Of a stretch of 62,686 bases of DNA, positions 39,574-50,392 are shown one piece after another (the first letter of the stretch is position 1; each line of letters starts with the position of its first letter). The stretch spans positions 1-62,686 of the forward strand of contig CALCGD010000245.1 of assembly GCA_937900875.1 (NCBI GenBank). The letters are read 5' to 3'. Below the pieces are notes generated by a model that searched no databases, was not told the origin of the DNA, and saw only the letters and a list, made by a program, of their open reading frames with translations. This stretch comes from an uncultured Flavobacteriales bacterium (GTDB taxonomy: Bacteria > Bacteroidota > Bacteroidia > UBA10329). The position numbers and the translations under genes are program-made.

Positions 39574-41505
39574 ATGCTTAGGAAAATAAGTGGTTTGATG
39601 ATTTTGATGTTGTGTCTTTTGGCAATAGATACTAGTGCCCAAATGAAGTACACTACCAAATCTAAAAAAGCCATTAAGCATTTTGAAGAAGCGCTTAAGT
39701 ACTACAACAGTAGACGCGGGCCTGAAGCAATAGAAATATTGGAAAAAGCCATTAAGGCTGATGAAAACTTCATTGAGGCCTATGCGGTTACCGGAGATTG
39801 CTACGCAGATATGGGCGATTTGGAAAACGCCATTGTCGCTTACCAAAAGGTTGTTGATATAGACCCGGATTTCTTAGCCACATCCTACAAACAATTAGCA
39901 GATGTTCAGTTTAAAACTGGTGATTATAGAAGCGCGCTTTCCAACTATAAAGTTTTTATGACCAAAAAAAGAGTCAATCCCAAAATTAGGGAAGATGCAG
40001 AATGGTCGATGAAAAATGCGGAATTCGGTATAGTCGCCAAAGAATCGCCAGTCCCTTTTGAACCTAAAAATTTAGGAGCAACGGTAAACACTTCCAATTA
40101 CGAGTATTTCCCAGTGCTAACGGCAGATGAACAAACACTGGTATTTACCAGAAATGAACGAAAGGCCGTTGGCATGGATATGCAAGAAGACTTCTATGTT
40201 AGCTATGCCGAAGAAGAAAATTGGACTCAGGCTCTTAATATTGGTCAGCCAATTAATACAGACGATAATGAAGGAGCTCAAACCATAACTGCGGACGGAA
40301 AACAACTATTCTTTATAGGTTGTAATCGCAAAGGCGGAAAAGGTAGCTGCGACATTTACATGTCCTTAAGAAATGGAAAAAATTGGGGGCAACCAGTCAA
40401 TTTAGACTCTCCTGTTAATTCATCTAAGTGGGAAAGTCAGCCAAGCATTTCTGCCGATGGCAAAACGCTCTATTTCGTCAGCAATCGCGCGGGAGGTTTA
40501 GGAAATACAGACATCTGGGTGACCCATTTGGCACCAAACAACGAGTGGACCGTACCACGTAATCTAGGAGATGTAATTAATACGCCTTTTGCTGAAGAAA
40601 CTCCATTTATCCATCCAGATGGTAAGACACTTTATTTCACATCTGATGGGCACGTTGGAATGGGCGAGAAAGACATTTTTGTAACCCGGATGAATCCAGA
40701 TGGAAGTTGGTCGGTTCCTCAAAACTTAGGATATCCGATTAATACTTGGAATGACGAACAAGGCTTATTTGTAGCGGCAAGTGGCGAGAACGCTTATTTC
40801 AGTTCTGATAGGACGGGCGGATTTGGGAAGTATGATATCTACTCGTTTAAGTTGTACGAAGCCGCTAGACCAACAAGAGTTACATACGTGAAAGGAAAAG
40901 TGAAAGATAAGGTGACTAACAAACCGCTTGGTGCAGAGTTTGAACTAATCGATTTAGCCACTTCAGAAGTTGTTATAAGATCAAGTTCAGATAAAATAGA
41001 TGGTAGATTTCTCGTGACGCTTCCTGTTGACCATGAATACGCTCTAAATGTTTCTAAAGATGGTTATCTGTTTTACTCTGAGCATTTCTCGCTCCCTAAA
41101 GAGCAAGATTTAAGCAAGCCATATAAAATGGATGTTCCATTGCAGCCCATAAAGTATGGAGAGAAAGTGGTTCTCAAGAACATATTTTTTGAAACAGCCT
41201 CCTACGACTTATTACCCGAATCTCAAGTGGAGCTTAATAAATTGGTGGCATTCATGAACAATAATCCAACTATTAGGATTGAGATAGGTGGACACACCGA
41301 TAATGTTGGTAAACCAGAAAGTAATCAACTTCTATCTGAAAATCGATCTAAATCAGTTAGAGAATATTTGATTAATGCCGGCATACTCGCAGAACGTATT
41401 CAATTTAAGGGCTATGGGGAAGAGCAGCCCATGGATACGAATGACACGTCAGAAGGAAGAGCCAATAATAGAAGGACAGAATTTAAGGTGCTAAGCGGTG
41501 AGTAA
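39574..41505 (+). CDS. PorE-like TPR / WD40(PD40) / OmpA peptidoglycan-binding protein
   Basis: N-terminal TPRs; PD40 repeats (QPSISADGKTLYF, PFIHPDGKTLYF); OmpA domain IGGHTD..LSENR..NRRTEF. Confidence 0.85.
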   Translation: MLRKISGLMILMLCLLAIDTSAQMKYTTKSKKAIKHFEEALKYYNSRRGPEAIEILEKAIKADENFIEAYAVTGDCYADMGDLENAIVAYQKVVDIDPDFLATSYKQLADVQFKTGDYRSALSNYKVFMTKKRVNPKIREDAEWSMKNAEFGIVAKESPVPFEPKNLGATVNTSNYEYFPVLTADEQTLVFTRNERKAVGMDMQEDFYVSYAEEENWTQALNIGQPINTDDNEGAQTITADGKQLFFIGCNRKGGKGSCDIYMSLRNGKNWGQPVNLDSPVNSSKWESQPSISADGKTLYFVSNRAGGLGNTDIWVTHLAPNNEWTVPRNLGDVINTPFAEETPFIHPDGKTLYFTSDGHVGMGEKDIFVTRMNPDGSWSVPQNLGYPINTWNDEQGLFVAASGENAYFSSDRTGGFGKYDIYSFKLYEAARPTRVTYVKGKVKDKVTNKPLGAEFELIDLATSEVVIRSSSDKIDGRFLVTLPVDHEYALNVSKDGYLFYSEHFSLPKEQDLSKPYKMDVPLQPIKYGEKVVLKNIFFETASYDLLPESQVELNKLVAFMNNNPTIRIEIGGHTDNVGKPESNQLLSENRSKSVREYLINAGILAERIQFKGYGEEQPMDTNDTSEGRANNRRTEFKVLSGE

Positions 41506-42592
41506 AATATTAGCATTCATTCCTCTGGTGTTCCTTGTTCACCTCGGGGTTCAGTCTCAAGAAGTAAAACACTCTATTTATCTAATAGGAGATGCTGGTA
41601 AAGACACATTACCTGGCCCTGCTTTACGCATGTTGGAAGACGAACTGAATCAGAATTCCAACAGTTCTGTTCTGTTTTTGGGCGATAACATTTATCCCGC
41701 TGGCCTTGAAGGAAAAGACGGGAAAAAGAAACAGAGATTATCCGAATTGAAGTTACTTTCTCAGTTAGAAAGAACACAAGAGCATGAAGGCTACGTTTTT
41801 TGGGTTCCAGGAAATCATGATTGGAAAGCCGGAAGGTGGAAAGGCCATTGGTTGGTGAAGAAAGAAGCAGAATTCGTGGAATCCTATTATCAAACTCACA
41901 AATCAATTAAGAACGATTCTGGTCATGTTTTCTTGCCAAAGGATGGATTGCCAGGTCCGCTTATGGAATCTGTGCCAGAACATAATTACAACCTTATTGC
42001 CATCGACATTCAATGGTGGCTGCAAGACCAGTTTTTCCATAAAGTCCCAACCGAAGATGGATTGAATAAACGCAGAATGGAAGAGCGTTTTTTAGAACGA
42101 CTTGATAGTTTGATTAAAATGTCAATTACTGAAGGTAGGCTGACCATCGTAGCTGCTCACCATCCAATGTATAGCAATGGTCATCATGGGTCTGCGAAAC
42201 AGCCATTTCGATTCATTTTAAATTGGATTCCTCCATTTCAATTGTTCGGATTAATGGGGCTTAATAGAGCGATGGTGCAAGACATTCCTCAACCTAGATA
42301 CAAGAGAATTAGAAATAGGATCCTGAATGTTCTCAACCAATATGAAGGCGTTTTGTACGTTTCTGGTCACGACCACAATTTGCAGTATCTCAAAAAAGAA
42401 AACAATCACTTTTTGGTGAGCGGTTCAGGTAGCAAAAGATCTACTCTTTCGGGAGATAAGTATGAAGCCAAGTACATGAATGACCTCAATTATGGGTTTA
42501 TGAGGCTTGATGTAATGGACGATGGAAAAATACAGTGCCATGTTTTTGGCCACACACGAGGCGGAATTATTCACTCGTTTTGGTTGAATTGA
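41498..42592 (+). CDS. Exported calcineurin-like metallophosphoesterase
   Basis: GDAG, LGDNIY, PGNHDW, AHHP, SGHDH; signal peptide. Confidence 0.85.
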   Translation: MSKILAFIPLVFLVHLGVQSQEVKHSIYLIGDAGKDTLPGPALRMLEDELNQNSNSSVLFLGDNIYPAGLEGKDGKKKQRLSELKLLSQLERTQEHEGYVFWVPGNHDWKAGRWKGHWLVKKEAEFVESYYQTHKSIKNDSGHVFLPKDGLPGPLMESVPEHNYNLIAIDIQWWLQDQFFHKVPTEDGLNKRRMEERFLERLDSLIKMSITEGRLTIVAAHHPMYSNGHHGSAKQPFRFILNWIPPFQLFGLMGLNRAMVQDIPQPRYKRIRNRILNVLNQYEGVLYVSGHDHNLQYLKKENNHFLVSGSGSKRSTLSGDKYEAKYMNDLNYGFMRLDVMDDGKIQCHVFGHTRGGIIHSFWLN

Positions 42593-42638
42593 GAGCAATC
42601 CATTTTTATTCTGACTATAAAATCTGTTCTTTGTTTGT

Positions 42639-44108
42639 ATGAGACTGAAAGCTACTTTTCTATCATTTGTCATTGCGCTGTTCATGTTTGAATCAGCTAT
42701 TGGGCAAAACCTATTTACGCGCGTTTATGGTGGTAATAGCTACGATTTTGGTGCCGAGGTAATACCAACGCCAGATGGTGGCTATTTGGTTGCAGGTACC
42801 ACAGGAAGTTTTGGTCTTGAAAGTGGACAGGTTATGCTCATTAAAACGGATTCCAACGGGTATGAAGAATGGCGCAAATATTACGGAGACCAGTACGCAG
42901 ATCAAGCTGAATCTATGCAACTCGGAATCGATAATAATCTGATAATTGTTGGAAATACTGAAAGTCCAAACAATAGCTATCAGTTTTATGCCATAAAAAC
43001 CACACTTAATGGTGATACAATTTGGACCAATTCTTACGGAACTGATGAATGGGATTTTTGTCGCCAAGCTGCCGTACTGTCTGACGGAGGGTATGCTCTA
43101 TTCGGAACTACTTACAGTACTGGAGAAGGGGATTATTATCTCATCAGAATAAACAGCGATGGGGATACTCTTTGGACAAAAACGTACGGGGGAATTGCTG
43201 AAGAAAGCGGAGAGTCAATCGCTTTGGCTGCAGATGGTGGATTCTATTTGGCAGGACACACAGAATCTTTTGGTGCAGGAAAAAAGGATATGTATGTAGT
43301 TAGAACTGATGAGTTTGGTGATACCCTCTGGACAAAAACATTCGGAGGGCCTGAAGACGATTTCTGCTACGCTGTCGCTGTAACTCCAGATGCAGGTTAC
43401 GTACTTGCCGGTGGGACGTTTAACAATACACCAGGCAAATCAGACTTCATTGTGATAAAAGAGGACGGAACGCAGCAATGGACACGGCACGACCCGCATA
43501 CGGGCGATAATTACTGGTTGGATGTGATGATTGAGCCTATTACGGCCAACATTACTGCGGTTGGGTATTTTACCGAAGGTGGCGCGGGTTTAGAAGATGG
43601 TAGAATCATTAGAATTGGAGCTGACGGAATTTGGAATGGAGTTGCTCGGGGGCACGGTAGCGCGGAAGATGACCGTTTTTATGATGTAAAATTATGTTCT
43701 GATGGAGGGTACGTGATGGTTGGAAACACACAAGGTTATTTGAACCGATTTGATGATGTCTATTTAGTTAGGGCAGATAATTTGGGCATTTCTGTAGGTC
43801 CGGAATTGGGTTTAGACGAGATTGAAATTGACGGAAGTACTTATGATGTCAGCATCGGACCAAACCCGTTTGGTGATGATTTTCCGACTCTATTCGTTCA
43901 AAATTTTGATGGCTTGATGAAGAATCTATCGGACAATCCCGAAGTGAAGATTTATAATTCTGTTGGACAGTTGGTTTATGAGCAATCAGTTTCGTCAACT
44001 GCCACTCAACTCAATTTTGAGTCGATGGAAAGTGGCATTTACTATTATCAGATAATTAGCGGAAGATTGATTTTAGCCACAGGAAAAGCAGTGAAGCTAA
44101 ACCAGTAA
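42639..44108 (+). CDS. T9SS type A cargo protein with beta-propeller-like repeats
   Basis: Repeated T.DGGY..AG.T.SFG..D.Y..KT...G...W.K.YGG; CTD KIYNSVGQLV..SGIYYYQI. Confidence 0.8.
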   Translation: MRLKATFLSFVIALFMFESAIGQNLFTRVYGGNSYDFGAEVIPTPDGGYLVAGTTGSFGLESGQVMLIKTDSNGYEEWRKYYGDQYADQAESMQLGIDNNLIIVGNTESPNNSYQFYAIKTTLNGDTIWTNSYGTDEWDFCRQAAVLSDGGYALFGTTYSTGEGDYYLIRINSDGDTLWTKTYGGIAEESGESIALAADGGFYLAGHTESFGAGKKDMYVVRTDEFGDTLWTKTFGGPEDDFCYAVAVTPDAGYVLAGGTFNNTPGKSDFIVIKEDGTQQWTRHDPHTGDNYWLDVMIEPITANITAVGYFTEGGAGLEDGRIIRIGADGIWNGVARGHGSAEDDRFYDVKLCSDGGYVMVGNTQGYLNRFDDVYLVRADNLGISVGPELGLDEIEIDGSTYDVSIGPNPFGDDFPTLFVQNFDGLMKNLSDNPEVKIYNSVGQLVYEQSVSSTATQLNFESMESGIYYYQIISGRLILATGKAVKLNQ

Positions 44109-44131
44109 TGCGCTAACTGAAAGTTTGGAGA

Positions 44132-45373
44132 TTAGAAGAAAGCACTAATTCCTATGTAGGCACTTTGCGAAGTGCCAATCATAGGTAAAACGTACCCTTC
44201 AAGATTTCTAGTTCCAACTCTAATTTGAACAATATCTGCAAACTTCTTTTTAACCTCGAGGCCAAGATGCCAGCTCCCAAATCCGCCAAAAGCTACCCTT
44301 CCATCAATCGAAAATCCCTTACCTAAAGGAGAGTTGGTTCCGATATATGCGTATGGGATAAAACCGGGTGCTATTCGGTATTGAACTCCAGCGTATAGCT
44401 TCCAGTTTTTGGCATTAAGCTGATAATCGCCCTCAAAACCAATTCTTCCAGCTAGCATTGTTGAATAACTGCTGCCAACAATTTGTGTCGCAAAGCCATT
44501 CACCACGCTATCCAGGTTGATTGAAGAAAAAGCTCCACCATCCGCAGAAAACAAGTTGACATCAACTCCTTCGAAACGAAAAACGGAATCCAAGTCAGTT
44601 TCTTTTAATCCCTTACTCCAACTAATCAGTCCAATGTCATCAGCCTCAAACCGAATTCCGAATTTGCCAGAGGAATAAGCCACATGCAATGATGTACTAA
44701 AACCGATTCCATTTGCATCAAAGTATTGAGAACTTGCCAAAGAAGAAGATTTCAGGTTGCCATGAATTTCACCATCCAAATACTCACCATCAGGGTCGGT
44801 ATACAAATCGGCCTGCTCAATGCTCAGACTCAAGTTCTTTTTACCTGTAAGTAGCGAAACACCAAAACCTATATTCCATTTACCCTTCGGCCTAGCTATA
44901 GTTTTTAATATCCCAACTTCATATTGAGTGTACATAAAGAGGTTAATATCTATTGGTGCGAGAACGGCCGACTCGCCTGCAAACATGGCGTTGCCAAACA
45001 TTGCCAAATCAAACAGATGTTTCGGGTAACGTGCGTTAATGTGTGTTCTGTCTGCTACGTTAATAAACCAGCCAATTCCTTTCGTGCTATCTGGTATATG
45101 ACGTGCGTAAATTCCATAATCCAAATCGGCACCAAGCCTATTGGATTTGCCATGAAGCCCACTTACTTTCTTTCTTAAATCTCGATCTAAAAACTTACCC
45201 TGATAACCCTTCCAAAGTAGATTGGTCGTTATGGCATTAGTGCTAGCTTGATACCTGCCAAATGTCCCAACGGAATAGCCAGTTGTCCAGTCAGAATAAA
45301 CAGTATTGTCAAACTGCGCAAAACTGCAAACCGAGTAGGAGGCAATGAATAATGTTAAAATCCAGTTTTTCAC
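44132..45373 (-). CDS. Outer-membrane beta-barrel protein (DUF5723-like)
   Basis: Signal peptide, alternating beta-strand pattern, G.G.S..L and DIG.I.W motifs, C-terminal aromatic residue (AFF). Confidence 0.6.
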   Translation of the reverse strand: MKNWILTLFIASYSVCSFAQFDNTVYSDWTTGYSVGTFGRYQASTNAITTNLLWKGYQGKFLDRDLRKKVSGLHGKSNRLGADLDYGIYARHIPDSTKGIGWFINVADRTHINARYPKHLFDLAMFGNAMFAGESAVLAPIDINLFMYTQYEVGILKTIARPKGKWNIGFGVSLLTGKKNLSLSIEQADLYTDPDGEYLDGEIHGNLKSSSLASSQYFDANGIGFSTSLHVAYSSGKFGIRFEADDIGLISWSKGLKETDLDSVFRFEGVDVNLFSADGGAFSSINLDSVVNGFATQIVGSSYSTMLAGRIGFEGDYQLNAKNWKLYAGVQYRIAPGFIPYAYIGTNSPLGKGFSIDGRVAFGGFGSWHLGLEVKKKFADIVQIRVGTRNLEGYVLPMIGTSQSAYIGISAFF

Positions 45374-46989
45374 AGAGAAGAAGGACCAAAGTTGAGATTG
45401 AAATTCCCGATAAGTTTTAGGTCTATGCCGTACGTGTCATAGAATTCAATTAAATCCGGCTGGTTTTGCGTATTGAACCGAACCATAATGTGTATAAATC
45501 GAACTTCCGGTAAAGCATCTGCGGTACTTGCAGCAACTGGTATCTGAATTCTAGACTCCAGTTCTGATATTACTTTATTGTCAGCATCAAGAGGGGGGGC
45601 TGCAATGGTTGATGGGGCAACGAGGGTTGCCAATTCTTGCTTATTCTCGTCAAGTAAAATCAATTCCACCATTCCTTCTAAAGGAAACCCATTTTGCGCA
45701 ATCAGAGTGAAACTTCCACTATTCACAATGTCAACTACACCGCTTTCCGCCAGATTCCAAGGTAATGTGTCTACCAAAGTAAGATTGGTCAGCGTAGTTC
45801 GTAATGGAATGTCAATGTCCATAATAGCCTGAAACGGTCTGTCGTAATAGAAAAAATCGTTTCCTGATGAGATGTTTCCAAGCGGATTTAAGTCAAACGA
45901 AAAGGTGAAGCCGAGCTGGTCTGGTAAGTTTTGAATGAACTCCTTGATGTTGGAGTTCGAGTTATTCAAAACGTAATTGGCCTCAGACGCAACAACATCT
46001 TCTGCGTTTCCAGTCGGATCTTGAGCTCTGGTAAGCAAAATATTATCTCCAACAAGTTGATGAGAAAGACTAATGTTGGAGTTTTGGCGTGTATTAATTG
46101 ATTTAAGTTCAACTAATTTGAATCTGGCATCAGCTCCCACGCCATTTGTTATACTCAGTCCAATTGTCACCGAATCAAGAATCATCTGACCTTCAGTAAT
46201 ACGGTTTAAAACATCAATCTCAGAATTTTCATCCTCCACATTTGTAGCTTGCTGACCGAAATATCCAGCGCCATAATCTGGTACTAAATCCAAAAAAGAA
46301 TATTCTAAAAAGAAAAATTTATTAGGATTTGCTGGTAACGAAACCACATTTCCTTCTACCGCAGTACTTATAATGTAATCGGTTAGAAGAGTATTAAAAC
46401 CTGTTCCAGAAGCTCCGGTCAAATCAATGTGGTAGCCGCTCAAATCAAATTCAACCTCTAGAAAAGCGGTGTCAGCAACAGATCCAGCAGGCACCGTTTG
46501 GCTTGTGGAAAACGCATTGCCAAACAGAGAAGCAGTTGGCATTATGTAGGTAAAATCTACAGCAGTTCCAACAATGCTTTTAACCCTCAATCGCAAACGT
46601 CCGGTTCGTAAAACAACTGAACTAAGCGCTAGCTCACCAAGGTCGTATTGCGTCTCAGATGATAGGGGAATAGGAATTTGAGTTCCTGGCTGAACATTAT
46701 TCAAGGGCAATGGCAGTCCAATTGCTTCCTTAACGGTTGTGTCAGGAATTTGCAAAATTGAATCAAGTGGAAGGTCAATCAGAGGAGTCTCAATTTTTAA
46801 ACGCAGGGCACCTTCGGCATCGGCCACTAGTAAAGAGTCAGCTAACAGGTCGGCCATGGTCAGCCTGGTGTGAATAACTGGAGCGAGTACGTCCACATCC
46901 CAACTAGAGTTGTTTAGGTCTTGCTTGCAGCTATTAAGCAGCAGCATGGCGGTTACAAAAATCCCGAAATATTTAGAAGCTCTAGTCAT
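45370..46989 (-). CDS. Beta-rich hypothetical lipoprotein
   Basis: Lipobox LNSC followed by SWDVDVLAPV; overlaps the downstream barrel gene by 4 nt. Confidence 0.7.
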   Translation of the reverse strand: MTRASKYFGIFVTAMLLLNSCKQDLNNSSWDVDVLAPVIHTRLTMADLLADSLLVADAEGALRLKIETPLIDLPLDSILQIPDTTVKEAIGLPLPLNNVQPGTQIPIPLSSETQYDLGELALSSVVLRTGRLRLRVKSIVGTAVDFTYIMPTASLFGNAFSTSQTVPAGSVADTAFLEVEFDLSGYHIDLTGASGTGFNTLLTDYIISTAVEGNVVSLPANPNKFFFLEYSFLDLVPDYGAGYFGQQATNVEDENSEIDVLNRITEGQMILDSVTIGLSITNGVGADARFKLVELKSINTRQNSNISLSHQLVGDNILLTRAQDPTGNAEDVVASEANYVLNNSNSNIKEFIQNLPDQLGFTFSFDLNPLGNISSGNDFFYYDRPFQAIMDIDIPLRTTLTNLTLVDTLPWNLAESGVVDIVNSGSFTLIAQNGFPLEGMVELILLDENKQELATLVAPSTIAAPPLDADNKVISELESRIQIPVAASTADALPEVRFIHIMVRFNTQNQPDLIEFYDTYGIDLKLIGNFNLNFGPSSL

Positions 46990-47189
46990 GTATCTGAAGG
47001 CTAAAAGTACTTAATAATGAAGGCTTGAGCTCTTAGTTTGTTGATTAAATGAGTAGCGATGTTAAGTAGGAAAACAAATGAAATTGCAACATATGACGCA
47101 CTTCCAATTAGCTAAAAAGAAACATTGTTCTTCATAATCCCGTAGGAGCACCACCAACTTTGTATAAACCCTAATAAATACGAAAGACC

Positions 47190-47633
47190 ATGGATCCTAT
47201 TTCATTGAAGAAAATTTTCATTTCCTATTTCCTTACCTCTTTTGTAATCTTCTTTATTTCTGCCGCTTTTAGCGTTGGGGGCGTTTTTGATAACAACCTT
47301 AGCATAACTATGTCGCATTTCTCTGTGGAGCTCATAGTGCTTATGCAACTTTCTGTGGTAATGGTGTCTAATTTGGTGCTACACGCAATATTCTATTACG
47401 GTGGGTTCACCTCATCTCCAATAACCAGAGGAATCGCCATAGGAGCGATGCTTGGGTCCATATATTTCATTGTCGGAGCCTTTGCATTCGATTTATATGA
47501 CGTCAATACTGGACTAAGTCAATTAGCCGGAGCCTATGGAGGCCGACTTATTGAATACGGAACTGGGGGAATTGCAACAGCTGTTATAAGTGTGACAGAT
47601 ATCCACAAATGGGGGCTTCTGCGAGCGTTTTAG
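47190..47633 (+). CDS. Hypothetical integral membrane protein (about 4 TM)
   Basis: 147 aa with four hydrophobic segments; no recognised motif. Confidence 0.65.
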   Translation: MDPISLKKIFISYFLTSFVIFFISAAFSVGGVFDNNLSITMSHFSVELIVLMQLSVVMVSNLVLHAIFYYGGFTSSPITRGIAIGAMLGSIYFIVGAFAFDLYDVNTGLSQLAGAYGGRLIEYGTGGIATAVISVTDIHKWGLLRAF

Positions 47634-48913
47634 TAGCCGTACTTAGAATTCCACAAATCTTTTAGCCGCTTGCGGTCTGCTTGCTCCCTAGGGTTGTTTT
47701 GAGGTTCGTAAAGCCTGTGGCCAGAAATTTCCTCCGGCAGGTATTCTATGTCCACAAAATTCTTTTCGTGATCGTGTGCGTACTTGTATTCTTGCCCATA
47801 ACCGATTTCCGCCATCAACTTTGTGGGTGCGTTTCTTAAATGCATTGGAACGGGAAGATCGCCTGTTTCTTCGGCTAGTTTCTTGGCCTTTTTAAGCGTT
47901 ACATAGGTCGCATTACTCTTTGGCGAGTTGGCTAAATAGACAGCCGTTTGAGATAGAAGAATTTCCGCTTCTGGATATCCAATTACAGTTACTGCCTGAA
48001 AACAGCTGTTTGCTAAAACCAAAGCTGTTGGATTTGCAGCACCTATATCTTCTGAAGCAAGGATTAAAAGTCTTCTAGCTATGAATTTTGGCTCTTCACC
48101 TCCCGCAATCATTCTGCTTAGCCAGTAAACAGCGGCATTTGGGTCACTGCCGCGCATAGATTTTATGAAAGCCGAAATAATGTCATAATGGTTCTCGCCA
48201 TTCTTATCATACAAAGCAATGGAGTTTTGTAGACATTCCATTGTAATTGCATTGGTAATCGTAATTGTTTTCTTTTCGGATGAATTAACGACTAACTCCA
48301 AATTATTAAGCAGTTTTCTGGCATCACCGCCCGAAAACCGCAGTAAAGCTTCGTTTTCTTTAATCTTAATTTTTCGATTCGAATCAGCCTGAATTTTTAG
48401 CCTTCCGGTTTCTAGTAGAGCCTCTAAATTGTCTTTGTCTAACGATTTCAATATATAAACCTGACACCTAGAAAGAAGTGCGGAAATTACTTCAAACGAA
48501 GGGTTTTCCGTGGTTGCTCCGATAAGCGTTACCAGCCCTTTTTCTACAGCACCGAGAAGAGAATCTTGCTGAGATTTGCTAAATCGATGAATCTCATCAA
48601 TAAATAGAATCGGCTTTCCCTGATTTGTGAAAAGCCCTTTTTCTTTAGCTTTTGAAATCACATCTCGCACGTCCTTAACCCCAGAATTAATGGCGCTTAG
48701 ATTAAAGAATGGCCTATTCATGGTTTGTGAAATGATATGAGCCAAAGTTGTTTTTCCAGTGCCTGGTGGACCCCAAAGAATCATTGAAGGAATTTGTCCC
48801 GAACGAATGGCCGTTCTTAGTACAGAATTCTCTCCCACCAAATGTTGTTGTCCAACATATTCGTCTAACGAATTTGGTCTAAGCCTTTCGGCTAAAGGGA
48901 TTTCGGAATTCAT
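47630..48913 (-). CDS. rarA: Replication-associated recombination protein RarA/MgsA
   Basis: PLAERLRP, WGPPGTGKTT, IDEIHRFSK, ISAFIKSMRGSD, SEDIGAA, VP.HLRNAPT. Confidence 0.96.
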   Translation of the reverse strand: MNSEIPLAERLRPNSLDEYVGQQHLVGENSVLRTAIRSGQIPSMILWGPPGTGKTTLAHIISQTMNRPFFNLSAINSGVKDVRDVISKAKEKGLFTNQGKPILFIDEIHRFSKSQQDSLLGAVEKGLVTLIGATTENPSFEVISALLSRCQVYILKSLDKDNLEALLETGRLKIQADSNRKIKIKENEALLRFSGGDARKLLNNLELVVNSSEKKTITITNAITMECLQNSIALYDKNGENHYDIISAFIKSMRGSDPNAAVYWLSRMIAGGEEPKFIARRLLILASEDIGAANPTALVLANSCFQAVTVIGYPEAEILLSQTAVYLANSPKSNATYVTLKKAKKLAEETGDLPVPMHLRNAPTKLMAEIGYGQEYKYAHDHEKNFVDIEYLPEEISGHRLYEPQNNPREQADRKRLKDLWNSKYGY

Positions 48914-48940
48914 TTATCTAAGAGTATTAGAAAAAGAAAA

Positions 48941-49825
48941 TTACTTCTTTTCCTCTGGTTCTTCCGATTTGTCTGACGGGACCTCTTCCTCTATGGAGCA
49001 ATAGGCATCAAGCAAATCTTTAGCCTCGGTATTGCCCAGTAGAACTGCTTGTTCAAAATCCTTGCAAGATGACTTGCTTTTACCCATTTCCAACTTTGCC
49101 TTGCCTCGGTTTAGGTATGCAACGGCCATATTCTCATCCAGTTTAATGGCGGTAGAAAAGTATTTAAGCGCTGTTTTGGTGTCTTTTAGGTTAAGGTAAA
49201 CCACACCAATATCATTATGGTATTGAGCCATATCTTCTTTTAACTCAATGGCTTTAGAGAAATCCAATATTGCATTGGAGGTATCGCCCATGGCCAGTTT
49301 GGTGATAGCCCTATGATGATAGGCTTCATGATACTCCGGATTCATGGTAATGGCTTGGTCATAGTCCTCTAGAGCTTGTTTGTACTTCCGTTTCAGACTG
49401 TAGGCATATGCGCGACTTTCAAATGCATTCGCATAATCGGGTTGAAGCTCAATAACCTTAGTGAAATCATTAATGGCTCTGGTTAAATCGTTTTTCTCCA
49501 GATAGCAAAACCCACGATAATTATAAGCTTTAATCATCGTTGGATTGAGTCCTAAAGCCTTGTCAAAATCGATTATCGCATTCATGAAATCGCCCAATTT
49601 CATATAGGTTGCACCACGCATCATATACGCTTCAAAATAGTCTGGTTTAAGCTCAATTGCCTTATTGAAAAAAGGCATGGCTTGGGCATCTTCTCCACGA
49701 TTAATCCTCAAAAATCCCTGTATGAAATTGTCTTTCGAAGTTTGAGATAAGGCCAAACTCGGAATTGTCAATATGCCTAGGCAAATTGAAATTATAAGAA
49801 TGAGTTTAGCTTTGAATAATGTCAT
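48941..49825 (-). CDS. Exported TPR-repeat protein
   Basis: Signal peptide; about 6-7 TPRs (AYNYRG..D...AI); C-x21-C cap. Confidence 0.88.
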   Translation of the reverse strand: MTLFKAKLILIISICLGILTIPSLALSQTSKDNFIQGFLRINRGEDAQAMPFFNKAIELKPDYFEAYMMRGATYMKLGDFMNAIIDFDKALGLNPTMIKAYNYRGFCYLEKNDLTRAINDFTKVIELQPDYANAFESRAYAYSLKRKYKQALEDYDQAITMNPEYHEAYHHRAITKLAMGDTSNAILDFSKAIELKEDMAQYHNDIGVVYLNLKDTKTALKYFSTAIKLDENMAVAYLNRGKAKLEMGKSKSSCKDFEQAVLLGNTEAKDLLDAYCSIEEEVPSDKSEEPEEKK

Positions 49826-49834
49826 TTGAACAAT

Positions 49835-50386
49835 TTAATTCTGAAGCGAAACCAGCATTTCTTTGGCTTGCATTACACCGTTTTGGTACGCCTGTGCAAA
49901 ATCCTGAATGGCGTTTAAATTATCGTGCTTTTGCAAATAAGCAGTGCCTCTGTTGTAAAATGCTTTTCCGTCTGCGGGATTTATACTTAATGCTGAAGTG
50001 AAATCAGCGATGGCTCCAGTTAAGTCCTTAGTTTGCAGTTTAATCGCTCCTCTATTGTTAAACAATTCCGCGTCTTCGTCATTTAACTCAATTGCATGGT
50101 TGTAATCCGTGATTGCAATTTGATAGGACCCCAACATAGCAGCAATCCTCGCTCTATTAAAAAGAGCGTCTTCATGCTTTGGGTTTAAATTCAACGTCTG
50201 GCTGAAATCTTCATAAGCAACGCTTATGTTTTTTCTAAAAAATTCGGCTAAACCTTTGTTGTAATGGATGTCCGCATTGGCGGGGTCAAGTTTTATGGCA
50301 GATGTGTAGTCTTTTGCTGCGCCATCAAAATCCTGACTTTCAAATTTCAAATCACCATCAATAATATAGTCCTGAGAGCTCTTCAT
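49835..50386 (-). CDS. TPR-repeat protein without a signal peptide
   Basis: About 5 TPRs; an in-frame stop lies directly before the ATG; no Cys. Confidence 0.85.
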   Translation of the reverse strand: MKSSQDYIIDGDLKFESQDFDGAAKDYTSAIKLDPANADIHYNKGLAEFFRKNISVAYEDFSQTLNLNPKHEDALFNRARIAAMLGSYQIAITDYNHAIELNDEDAELFNNRGAIKLQTKDLTGAIADFTSALSINPADGKAFYNRGTAYLQKHDNLNAIQDFAQAYQNGVMQAKEMLVSLQN

Positions 50387-50392
50387 TCAATC

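Noticed and set aside
39235-39846. 203-aa antisense ORF overlapping queE and the porE-like gene
   Set aside because: It lies wholly opposite two well-supported genes and has no recognisable motif, so it is a shadow ORF
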